A stretch of 63,450 nucleotides of DNA, the filler included, from Reclinomonas americana ATCC 50394 (Eukaryota): the NCBI GenBank assembly GCA_048213135.1. It is 10 parts of 10 records of this genome, joined end to end, with 100 filler letters (N's around TTAATTAATTAA, not from the genome) between each part and the next. Parts side by side here need not be neighbours in the genome. Positions count along the whole stretch, not along the records: positions 1 to 9,448 come from AFZH01016806.1; positions 9,549 to 13,551 come from AFZH01016807.1; 8 more parts are not named here. One strand, written 5' to 3'. Positions 1 to 10,510 of this stretch are shown piece by piece. Made by a program: the position numbers and the translations under genes. How positions within the stretch are numbered: the stretch's first letter is position 1; each line of letters begins with the position of its first letter. Under the pieces are notes generated by a model. That model saw only the letters and a list, made by a program, of their open reading frames with translations. It was not told the DNA's origin and made no database searches.

Positions 1-3000
1 ATGAGACGTAAGTTTTGCCGCTTGTCTTGCAGGGCTCGCAAGCGCGTAGCATTGCTTATCGGCAACTCTTGCGATGGCGAGGGAACGCATGGGTTACTGA
101 GAAACCCACCGCGTGATGTGGGTACGTCGATGCATACTTCGGCACGCAACTCCCGTTCACCGTCGGGTTTGGTCTCTCACACACGCACACGCAGACGAGT
201 TGCAACCAGTGCTTGCGGACTACGGCTTCCACGTTTGCTCGCATGTCGATGTGGTTGGCGATCGCATGCACTCCGTAGTTAAGAGATTTGTGGGCGAGTT
301 CGTGAATGAGGAGTGCGAATGTGTGCTGTTTTTTTTCTCTGGTCACGGTCTGGCGATTGAACGAGACTTGTTGCTCCTCCCAAGTGATGCCAACCGCATT
401 TTTGAATCACGCGTGGTGAGGTTGGCGGTCGCTTTGTTGTTTCGCGGAAGTTGTATTTACAACTGCAATCGCAGACAAATGGCGACAAATCACTGGCGCT
501 TCTCCGGTTCTGCATGCCGGAACTGTGCAACAATCGATCAGAGCATACGGTTGTGATTATGTTGGCGAACTGTTGCCGCTCAACTAACAGGTGCGTGTGG
601 TTTGATACATTGAAGCGTTTATTGTCGCAATTGTGTTAAATCACGCGGTCATTGTGTGCTCGGTCACAGCGCTGTTCGCTCGGTAACCAGAGACGATGTG
701 GAGAAGAATGTATTTGCTGGTTTAGCATGCTACCACGGTTGCGGAGCGCACGAGGGTGGTGAGTTATTGGCCTACTTTGCTTATCTGCAGGTTGCTGACT
801 TCTCGTCTCAGACTTGCAAGCATCTGCGTCTCCCTACGTGCGGGCGCTGGTTCACGCCATCAAGGGGCACGGGCATTTATCACTGCCTGCATGGCACGAC
901 AAAGTTAATTGTCGGCTGAGAGAAATGCAACAACAGTCTTTCGAACAAGACTCCGAATATCATCATGACCTAAAAGAAACCGAACTGGTTGAGTTTCGAC
1001 TGTGTTTGCATCCCGGTAAGCAGTTCGACCTCCTACGATCATGAGTGGAGTATTGTTGTATGTGCCGAAATCGCCGCTGCTCTTTTGCCTGTGAAGTATT
1101 GAGTTGTGTGCCTTTGGTGTTACTGCCGTTCGTAGTTCCCTATGTATTATTAGCGACGGTTACGACTGCTTACTGTACTGTGCCGCAGGCGTACACGCGC
1201 TGTGTCTTCGGGAGCTCTCGTTCTACCAACACGACGAGAGTGTGCGCAAGGACATGCAGATGTATGTGCCACTGCTGTGCTCCCGTGATCGTGACGTCTC
1301 GTCGAGGGACAAGATGACGGATCTGTTGTCGGAGGTGGATGCTTTCCTCTCCGAAACCAACACCACGCAACGTGTGTTGGTGCTGCTTGGCAACAGTGGA
1401 GCCGGCAAGACCACCACCATGTCGGTGCTGGCCGAGCGAGCCTGGCGACAGTGGCAAACGAGAGAGAGTCGTCGAGTGCCTGTGCGGGTGCCTCTCGGTG
1501 CGCTGCGCAATGCGGATGAGCGACTGTTGGAGGAGGCATTAGAACGCCTGTCGCACAAGTTACGATTGAAGCCGGATGTGCGAAAATTGAAGGAGGAGCC
1601 TCTCCTGTTGTTGCTTGACGGGTACGACGAGTTGTACCGTGGTGGAAATCTGTTTGTGACGAACCAGCTGGATGTGTGTCGCGATGTGAAGGTGATAATC
1701 ACTTGTCGCAGCGATTACGCACTGACGGCACTGGGTGGAGTGACGCAGTATCGACGGTACTTTGCACCGGTGGATGCAAGCGGTCAGTTGTGCATGCAGC
1801 AGCTGATGGAGCGGCACATTGCACCATTCAATATGGAGCAGATCGAGGAGTACTTCAAGCGACTGGTGCAAGTGGGTGGTGACGATGATGATGATGGTGA
1901 AGTGCGATGGTCAACTTCCGAGCAGTACATTCGTGCATTGAAGAGTGTGCATGGACTGGATGCATTGGTGTCGAATCCATTCCTACTGGCAGTGGTGGCT
2001 CGTGTGTTGCCTCAGTTGGTGGCGAGTGGTGCACAGCGACCTACTCGGCGTGATGTATTTGATCGATTTATTCGACAGTGGATTGTGAGGGAGCAGGAGA
2101 GGCAGACGCGTCTCGGTGCAGAGCGTGTGCCGAGTGAGGAGACGTGTCTGGCATTCTGTGAGGGACTTGCTCGCTTGATGCATGAGAGGAATGTGGTGCG
2201 TGTGACTGTGACGGAGAGTCGGTCAGGGGAGGAGGATGACTTTGGCGGTGCGCCACTCGCCTTGCGACGAGTGGAGGAGGGACCGTTTGACAAGTTCCTC
2301 GGCCCCAAGAACCAGCATGTGCGAGCGTGCTGTCCGATTGTGCGACGGTATGCGACGACGCAGTGGGGATATGTGCACCTGTCGTTGCTGGAGCACTGTG
2401 TGGCACGTCATGTGTTTGCATGGGAGACGTGGGATGAGGAGAGGAGGTTGACGATGCAAGATGTGCAGCAGCATGTGCTGGCAGTGCGACTGCTAAATGA
2501 TCGACCATCGCTGGTGGAGCAGATGGCCGAGGTGGTGCGACGGTCTCCTGCACTGCCAGCGAGACTGTGGGAGGTGATTTATATGTCACGGGAGATGGAT
2601 GAGGTGCGATTGGTGACGGCAGCCGCCAATGCAGCAACGGTGTTGTGTGTGGCGCAAGTGTCGTTCAGTGGGCGAGACCTGTCGGGAGTGCGAGTGAGGG
2701 GTGCGGATTTGAGGGATGCGGTGATGCACAGGACGGATTGGAGGGGAGCAGATTTGCGAGGGGTGAATATGTGCATGGCGTATGCGAGGGAGGCGGATTT
2801 CAGGGATGCGGATGTGACGGATGTGAAGTGGCCGAGGAGACCGATGGTGGGGCACACTGATCAGGTGAGATCTGTTGCTGTTACTCCCGACAGTCAGTAC
2901 ATTGTGAGTGGCAGTGGGGACAAGACTTTGCGAGTGTGGTCGGTGGCAAGTGGCGAGGGGGTGCGTCGACTGGAAGGCCATACGATAGCGGTGTCTGCAG

Positions 3001-4877
3001 TGGCAGTTACTACTGATGGCCAGCACGTTGTGAGTGGTAGTTGGGACAATACTGTACGGGTATGGTCGGTGGCAAGTGGCGAGGAGGTGCGCCGACTGGA
3101 AGGCCACACATTGATGGTAAACTCTGTCGCCGTAGTTCCGGATGGAGTGCACATTGTGAGTGGCAGCGCTGACAAGACCGTGCGAATGTGGTCGGTGGCA
3201 AGTGGCGAGGAGGTGCGCCGACTGGAAGGCCACACGAGTTGGGTGTTTGCAGTGGCGGTGGCACCCGATAGCCAGCACATTGTGAGTGGCAGTCATGACA
3301 ACACTGTACGGGTGTGGTCGCTAGCGAGTGGCGAGGAGGTGCGCCGACTGGAAGGCCACACGGAGTTGGTGTCTGCAGTGGCAGTAACACCCGATGGCCA
3401 GTGCATTGTAAGTGGCAGTTGGGACAAGACTGTGCGCGTGTGGTCACTGGTGAATGGAGATGAAGTGCGACGGTTCGTGGGACACACTGCCGCTGTCAAC
3501 ACTGTCGCCGTCACTCCTGATGGGCAGCGCGTCGTCAGCGGGAGTGGGGACTCGACTGCGCGAGTGTGGTCACTTGCGAGTGGCGGAGAGGTGCGACGGT
3601 TGGAGGGACACACTGGTCCGTTGCATTCAATCAAGGTGACTCCTGACGGTCAGCATATCGTGAGTGGGAGTGCAGATATGACAATACGAATGTGGCCTGT
3701 GATAGGTTATGAAGAAGTACGACGGTTGGGTGGACACAACGGATTGGTGCATTCAGTCATGCTCACCCACGATTGTCAGCATGTCTTGAGTGCCGGTGAT
3801 GACGGCACGGTGAGGATGTGGTCTGTGTCGACAGGCGAGGAACTGTGGAAGGTGGCAGGACAGTCCTCCGCATTTTCTGTTTCTCCAGATGGTCAATTCG
3901 CTGTGAGTGGGAGTCGGGACGGGTCTATTTTAGTGTGGTCTTTGGTTCGTGGAGAAGAAATGAGACGATTTGAGGGACACAATGGTAGTGTAACGTGTGT
4001 TGCCGTCACTCCCGATGGTCAGTACATTGTCAGCGGAGGTTGGGACAAGACAGTGCGAGTGTGGTCATTGGTGAGTGGAGAAGAAGTGCGGCGGTTGGAA
4101 GGACACACAAGTTGGGTAGAATGTGTCGTTGCCACTCCTGATGGTCAGCGCATTGTGAGCGGAGGCGGGGACAAGACAGTGCGTGTGTGGTCATTGGCGG
4201 GTGGAAAAGAAGTGAGGCGGCTGCGGGGACATACTTCCGGTGTGCTTTCTGTCGTCGTCACTCCTGATGGTCAACATATAGTAAGTGCGAGTTATGACGA
4301 GACAGTGCGAGTGTGGTCACTTGCTAGCGGCGAGGAGGTGCGCCGACTGGAGGGACACACCGGCAGTGTGTTGTCAGTCGCCGTCACTCCCGATGGTCAG
4401 CACGTCGTAAGTGGGAGTTGGGACGAAACAGTGCGCGTGTGGTCACTGGCGAGTGGAGAGGAACTGTTACGACTGGGGGGACACACGGGTGCGGTGTGGG
4501 CTGTCGACGTCACTCCTGATGGCCAGTACATCGTGAGTCGCGGTGGTCACGGAGAAGTACGGATGTGGTCTCTGGCGTATGGGGAGGAAGTGCCTCTTGA
4601 TGAGCAGGCGGAACTCGTAAACCCGTCAACGGAACGTGTGACTTATCTTCGCTGCATGGCGTTCGACTCTGCGTACACCGCCCGTGTGTCCGGCAGGGCG
4701 ATCCAGCTGATGCGTCGAAACACTCGCAGGCTTGTGGAGCGTATTCTCGGCACCGTCTTGCCCGATTTCACCAATGCGCTTGGTGCTGCGGGTGGCGTCG
4801 GCCTACAGGAAGTGACCATCGAGGGGGACGGGGGTGACGAGGAGGATGAGGAGGACGAGACAGTCTTAGTGCGATGA
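1..4877 (+). CDS. NLR1: caspase-like (Peptidase C14)-NACHT-pentapeptide-WD40x14; 5' end possibly outside the window
   Basis: GT-AG introns 122-194, 416-474, 591-669, 759-811 and 1016-1188 join in frame: RVALLIGN..LRNPPRDV / DELQPVL..GF..VLFFFSGHG..LLLPSDA / ..VVIMLANCCRST / ..AHEG / DLQASASPYVRAL.. / GVHALCLRELSFYQH. The last exon (1189-4877) has Walker A GNSGAGKTT, Walker B LLLLDGYDE, VIITCR, NPFLL, pentapeptide repeats (GADLRDAVM..GADLRGVNM) and 14 WD40 repeats. Confidence 0.85.
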
Positions 4878-5348
4878 CGATGATTGGAGCCTTTATGGCG
4901 ATGAAGACGACAACGCAAGCGTTACTGATTGACACGACGGAGATCATCATGCATCTGTTCGCGGATTGGAGTGAACTTCTCAATACTTGTGAGTGTGGCA
5001 TCAACAAATCCCCTGATGCACTGCGTTTGCCTTGCCTTGATGTACAAAGTGGGAGAAGAGGAAGAGGTCAACATGGGTAGGAATGAGGAGGAGAGGGAGA
5101 TACCTTGCTGTCCTGCTAAAAGATCATGACCATGTCGGGACAGACTGACTGTAGATCGCTGTGCCATCGTTGGAGCACGATGATGCTCATCACTCTCGCC
5201 CGTTCCATCATCCACAGTGCGTTGCTCAGATGCATCCCTCGAGCAAGGGAAGAGATTCGCACACTTCTTGTGTTGTTCTCCTCAGGCGTCCAGCTGCTTC
5301 ACACCGCGTCTCCCCGCCTCCTCTCTCGGCCTCTGATGACGAGGTGTA

Positions 5349-5427
<79 letters not shown>

Positions 5428-5697
5428 ATCATCTTTCTCTTGGAGAGAAGAAGCATTTGCTCTGAGAATCGTATGTTTGATCTCCGTCTCCCACTCCCCC
5501 TCTCACTCTCCCTCTCCCTCTCCCTCTCCCTCCCTCTCTCCCTCCCTCTCTCCCTCTCACCCCTTCCTCTCCCTCTCCCTCTCACCCCTCCCTCTCCCTC
5601 TCCCTCTCCCTCTCCCTCTCCCTCTCCCTCTCCCTCTCCCCCTCTCCCCTCTCCCTCTTCCCTCTCTCCCCTCACCCTCTCGTCCACCTCCTCGCAG

Positions 5698-7688
5698 TCG
5701 TGCATTCGTGTCCTCGAGCTCGCCGTCGATCACTGAGCCCCAAGGCGTCGGTACTGTTTCGTTTCGCGCTGGTGAGCGCAAGTGCGCTGCTCGTTCTTTC
5801 TCTATTTCTCTCGCCCTCATTCCTGCTGGCAGAGGATGTCGAGGAGCGCATCCGCGCCATTCGCCGCGCCACTCTGTGGCGAGTGGATCCCATCACGTCG
5901 GCGCGCAGCAAGACCACCGACATCACCACCACCACCTACATCGAGTTGGAGCAAGGCATGCAGTGGCCGGGCACCGATTCACCCGTTCTCTTTGTGCGCG
6001 ACTTTTACGACCGTCTCTACTCGACGTCGATTGGCCTTGGCGGCCTCGACCCCGCCCGCTCGCGACGAAAGCTCCACAAGTTCTACATTACGGGCACGCC
6101 GGGCATGTGAGTTACATGCTGCATATTCTCTCAGCATGCACACCCCACTCACAAAAGGATTCATTTGTGTAGCTCCAAATCGGCGTTCGGTATGTACGTG
6201 CTGTACCGTGCGCTGATGGCCGACAAGACGACCCTGCTGCGCCATGGCGACGTCAAGGCATACGAGCCACACCTCATAGCCGGCAACCGTGTGTGGAGGT
6301 CTGCGACCGAAGGACCACTGTCAGAGAAGCGACTCATCGACCTGTACCTGGTGGATGGTACAACTCCCAGCCTGTACGCGCCCGCGGAAGTCACCATGAC
6401 GCTCCTCATCAGCTCGCCCAACCGCCTCCTTTGGAAAGACTTTGTCAAGCGTGGCGCTATTCCTCTCTTCTTCCCCACGTATACTGTTGGAGAGTTGGAG
6501 TTGCTGCGACTGGTGGCGTTTCCCGACCAGAACCGTGAGGAAGTGTTGCAGCGGTATGTCAAGTGGGGTGGGTCGGCGCGCTCGGTGCTCGTCAACATCA
6601 GTCCGGAGGCCCAGCACAGCTTGGAGTCGACATTCAAGCGCTTCAAGCCGCACGATCTTCTCCGTGCTGTGGAGCTGGCCGAGGAGCGCGAGGACAACAG
6701 TGGTGCTGCCATCTCCCATCGCCTCGTGCATCTCATTGTCAATCGCACGGACTTTACGCTGGAGAGCGTGGACTTTGCCTCCTCCTATGTGGCGATGAAT
6801 CTGCTCGAGCTGTGGCGCAAGTCGAACGAGGTGGACGCCAAGCGCTTGCTTTCACGTCTGCATGCGTTGGGCTCGACGGCGTCGGTCATGTACGGCCGCG
6901 TGTTTGAGGAGTGCGCTCACATGGCGTAGGCTGCCGGCGCAGGTGAGTTGGAGCTGCCACCGAGTTGCTTTTTTTCCTTGTCGTTTATCGTGTTGTTCTT
7001 GCGCTCATTGCATCGATCGCCGTCGCAGATCCGACGCATCAGAGGTGGCTGCGAGCTCGTGTTTGAGGAGTTCGGTGGGGGCGCGCAGGTGACCTGTGTT
7101 GGAGCTGCCACCGAGTTGCGTTGTTTTCTTTGTCGTCATTCCTGTTGTTGTCGCAGCGCTCAATTCGTCCATCGCCGTCGCAGATCCGACGCATCAGAGG
7201 TGGCTGCGAGCTCGTGTTTGAGGAGTTCGGTGGGGGCGCGTAGGTGACCTGTGTTGGAGCTGCCATCGAGTTGCGATTTTTCCTTGTCATTTATCCTGTT
7301 GTTCTTGCGCTCATTGCATCGATCGCCGTCGCAGATCCGACGCATCACTATTCCGATGCGTCGGAGGTAGCTGCGAAGTCTGCAGAGTCCAAGGGCCGTC
7401 TGCTTTCCTGCATTTGACTGCATCATGCGCCACAGCACGAGCGGTGGTCTTCTTCTGGGCAACGTGACCGTCAACGACAAGCACGATATTATCGCGTTGT
7501 TGGGAAATGGCCGGCGCCAGTTGCATCCTGTTCGCGCGCTGGGCCACGAGGACGAGAAGATCGACTTCTACTGGGTGGTGCCAGCACACGTGTTTGATAG
7601 GATGCAAGAGCCTGGTGCCAACACCAATCCAAGGGTGGAGGAGGAGGCCTTGTTGCATCTAGTGCGGCAGTTTGTGTTGTGCATGTGA
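5698..7688 (+). pseudogene. Crinkler/RHS-like NTPase + restriction-endonuclease-fold effector, probably pseudogenised; 5' exon(s) unresolved
   Basis: Introns 5751-5832 and 6107-6172 give LFVRDFY...ITGTPGISKS (Walker A), YLVDG, LISSPN..WKDF, FPTYTVGEL, RYVKWGGSAR, SHRLVH, FASSYV, GRVFEECAH, then FPAFDCIM..GNVTVNDKH..FYWVVP. In-frame TAG stops at 6927-6929 and about 7368-7370, plus a duplicated intron/exon unit. Confidence 0.7.
6948..7347 (+). repeat. ~150-155 bp tandem repeat (about 2.6 copies) of an intron plus a 60-nt exon
   Basis: ttggagctgcca(c/t)cgagttgc recurs at 6948, 7099 and 7254; cgtcgcag|atccgacgcatca recurs three times. Confidence 0.9.
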
Positions 7689-8159
7689 AAGGGAAGTGAC
7701 TGTATTCTCCGAGGACAACGAATTCGAAGAGAAGGTGGTCATGGATGAAGAGAAGGCGGTGAGAGCAAGAGAGTGAGTTGTTCTCCATTGTCGTTTTGAA
7801 GATCTAAGGGAAAGGCAGTGGCTCGGCCTTCTCCCCTCTTCCTCGCCTCACAAAACGTAGGGAGGAGGAAGAGGAGCAGGAGCAGCAGAGAGATCCACTG
7901 CACTCTCCCATCAAGACCAATGAGAACAACTCACTCTTCATTCATGCAGTATCGGAGACTGATCCAGAGATAACAATGGTGCAAACAGCTCACTCGCTCT
8001 TGCTCTCGCCGCCCTGTCTTCATCCACGCAACATCCCTGTTCTCCTCGCCAAAACGTCGACAACTGTCGACTCCCTCGAGGCAGAGGCATTTTTCCTTTG
8101 GTGAACAACTCTCACCGCCCTCTCTTCATCCGTGCAGCATCGCAGCACTCTCTCCTCCA

Positions 8160-8895
8160 ACTCAGCGCCTCCCAAACTCCAAAACGTCGCCTTCTGTCCT
8201 TCACTCCCTCTCTCAAAATGGCACAACGAAAGCGACCACCACCACCTTCCCAGCCTCCACCCGCCTCTCCACCCACCATCGACTTCTCCCCCGGCTGGCA
8301 ACCCGACCCCGCTCTCCTCGAGGACACTGGCGCCGGCGGAGGCAGTCCTTTCCGCTGCCAAGGAGAAGGGGCATGCGCAGGAGGCCGAGGCTCAAGACTA
8401 CTCACTCTCTTGCTCTCACCGCCTTCTCTTCATCCATGCAGCACTCTCTCTCACTCAAACGGCCTTCTGTCCTTCACTCCTCTCAAAATGTCACAACGAA
8501 AGCGACCACCACCTCCTTCCCAGCCACCTTCCCAGCCTGCACCCACCATCGACTACTCCCCCGGCTGGCAACCCGACCCCACTCTCCTCGACGACACTGG
8601 TGGCGGCAGTCTTTTCCGCTGCTAAGGAGGAGCAGCATGCGCAGGAGGCAGAGGCTCAAGACAACTCACTCTCTTGCTCTCACTGCCTTCTCTTCATCCA
8701 TGCAGCACTCTCTCTTCCAACTCCCTGACTCCAAAACTTCGCAATCTGTCCTTCACTGCTCTCAAAATGTCACAACGAAAGCGACCACCACCACCTTCCC
8801 AGCCTGCACCCACCATCGACTACTCTCCCGGCTGGCAACCCGATCCCGCTCTCCTCGACGACACTGGCGGTGGCGGAGGCAGTCCCTTCCGCTGT
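8160..8895 (+). repeat. ~270-280 bp tandem triplication of a Pro-rich gene 5' end
   Basis: ctcaaaATG(T/G)CACAACGAAAGCGACCACC at 8218, 8488 and 8767; each encodes M(A/S)QRKRPPPPSQP..PTID(F/Y)SPGWQPDP.LL.DTG..G(G)S.FRC. Confidence 0.9.
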
Positions 8896-9021
8896 CGCCA
8901 CCTCCTCGACTGCTTTGTGTGGCTGATCATTGCTGTTGGCGTTGCCTGGTTCGCCTACGCGTTGACGGGCTTCGATGTGTGGAGTGAGTGGTTGCAGCCG
9001 AGAAGAGATCACACGATATGA
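8767..9021 (+). CDS. Putative small (84 aa) Pro-rich single-pass membrane protein
   Basis: ATG 8767 to TGA 9021; a hydrophobic segment CFVWLIIAVGVAWFAYALTGF is present only in this last repeat unit. Confidence 0.5.
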   Translation: MSQRKRPPPPSQPAPTIDYSPGWQPDPALLDDTGGGGGSPFRCRHLLDCFVWLIIAVGVAWFAYALTGFDVWSEWLQPRRDHTI

Positions 9022-9246
9022 ATGGATGGCGATGTGTGTGTGGTGAAGGGAGAGGAATGTTCTATCCTTTCCACTCCATATCCGGTATGCAGGTGGGTGA
9101 AAAGCGCGTGCGTGATGTGAGGGCAGGGAGAGAGGCAGGGAGGGAGAGGTGCGGAGAGAGAGAGAGAGAGGAGAGGGCGGGAAAGAGGACAGACGGATCG
9201 ATGGCTGTTAGTTGTGTTCAGTGTGATTGATTGAGTTGAGTGAAGA

Positions 9247-9281
<35 letters not shown>

Positions 9282-9376
9282 GAGGGAGGAGGAGGAGAGA
9301 GAGAAGCATGTGTGCGATATGAGCGACTGTTTCGTGTGTGATTGATTGAGTGGCGTGTGTGCAAGTGTGTAAGTGA

Positions 9377-9428
<52 letters not shown>

Positions 9429-9448
9429 GTGAGTGAGTGAGTGAGGTA

Positions 9449-9548
9449 NNNNNNNNNNNNNNNNNNNNNNNNNNNNNNNNNNNNNNNNNNNNTTAATTAA
9501 TTAANNNNNNNNNNNNNNNNNNNNNNNNNNNNNNNNNNNNNNNNNNNN
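9449..9548. other. Artificial assembly gap spacer (also at 13552, 16820, 18631, 35337, 39130, 58263, 60022 and 62154; 100 nt each)
   Basis: Identical N44-TTAATTAATTAA-N44 block with stop codons in all six frames. Confidence 0.97.
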
Positions 9549-9562
9549 TAGGTAGGTAGTAG

Positions 9563-9601
<39 letters not shown>

Positions 9602-9619
9602 GTGAGTGAGTGAGTGAGA

Positions 9620-10510
9620 GTGACAGAAGAGATACAGAAATTTGTGTATTTCTTAGCGTTTTTGTGTGCAAGTGTGAGAGCAAGTGAGTGTCAGGGAGAG
9701 GCAGCAGGTAAGAGAGTGCTCTGTGTGTCTACCTGTGTGATATAGGGAGAGAGTGCGAGAGAAAGAGAGAGAAGAAAGAAAGAGAGACTCTGATACAGAT
9801 ATTTGAGAGCGGATTTCTTCGCTTTTTTTGTGAGCAAGTGTGAGAGTGGCTGTCAGAGAGGCAACAGGTAAGAGAGTGCTCTGTGTATCTACCTGTGTGT
9901 GGCAGGGAGAGAGTGCGAGAGAGAGAATGAGAGAGAGAAAGAGAGACAAGATATTTGAGTGCGGATTTCTTTGCATACTTGTGCAAGGAGTGAGTGAGTG
10001 TCAGGGAGAGGCAGCAAGTAAGAGAGAGTGCTCTGTGTGTCTGCCTGTATGTGATAGAGAGAGAGAGAGAGTGCAAGAGAGAGAAGGAAAAAAAGAAAGC
10101 AAAGAAGAGAGATATTGAGTGCATAGTTTGTGTACTTTGTGCAAGTGAGAGAGAGTCAGGGAGAGGCAGCAAGGAAGAGAGTGCTCTGTGTGTCTACCTT
10201 GTGCGTGACAGGGAGAGAGTGCGAGAGAGAGAAAGAAAGAAGAAAAAAAGAAAGACTGACTCAAATACAGATATTTGAGCGTGGATTTCTTTGCATACTT
10301 GTGAGCAAGTGTGAGAGTGGCTGTCAGAGAGGCACAGGAAAGAGAGAGTGTTCTGTGTGTGTGACAGGAAGAGAGTGCAAGAGAGAGAAGGAAAGAAAGA
10401 AGAAAGAAACAAGGAAAATGAAATAGGCAGATGCAGATGAGTGTGTATTTCTGTGTACAGTTGAGAGAGGCAACAGGAATGAGAGAGCTCTGTGTGCCTA
10501 TCTGTGTGCG
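9620..10510. repeat. Degenerate tandem repeat / low-complexity region
   Basis: Recurrent gatatttgag..cggatttct..gtgagcaagtgtgagagtggctgtcagagaggc..gtaagagagtgctctgtgt blocks separated by (GA)n. Confidence 0.8.

Noticed and set aside
6927..7370. In-frame TAGs suggesting TAG-to-Gln reassignment
   Set aside because: ORFs over 1000 aa contain no internal TAG and the WD40-only genes end in TAG; pseudogene decay is the simpler explanation.
9493..9504. Recurring TTAATTAATTAA palindrome
   Set aside because: Always centred in N runs, so it is an artificial spacer. Genes run colinearly across several gaps, but linkage across 9449 and 39130 is unproven.
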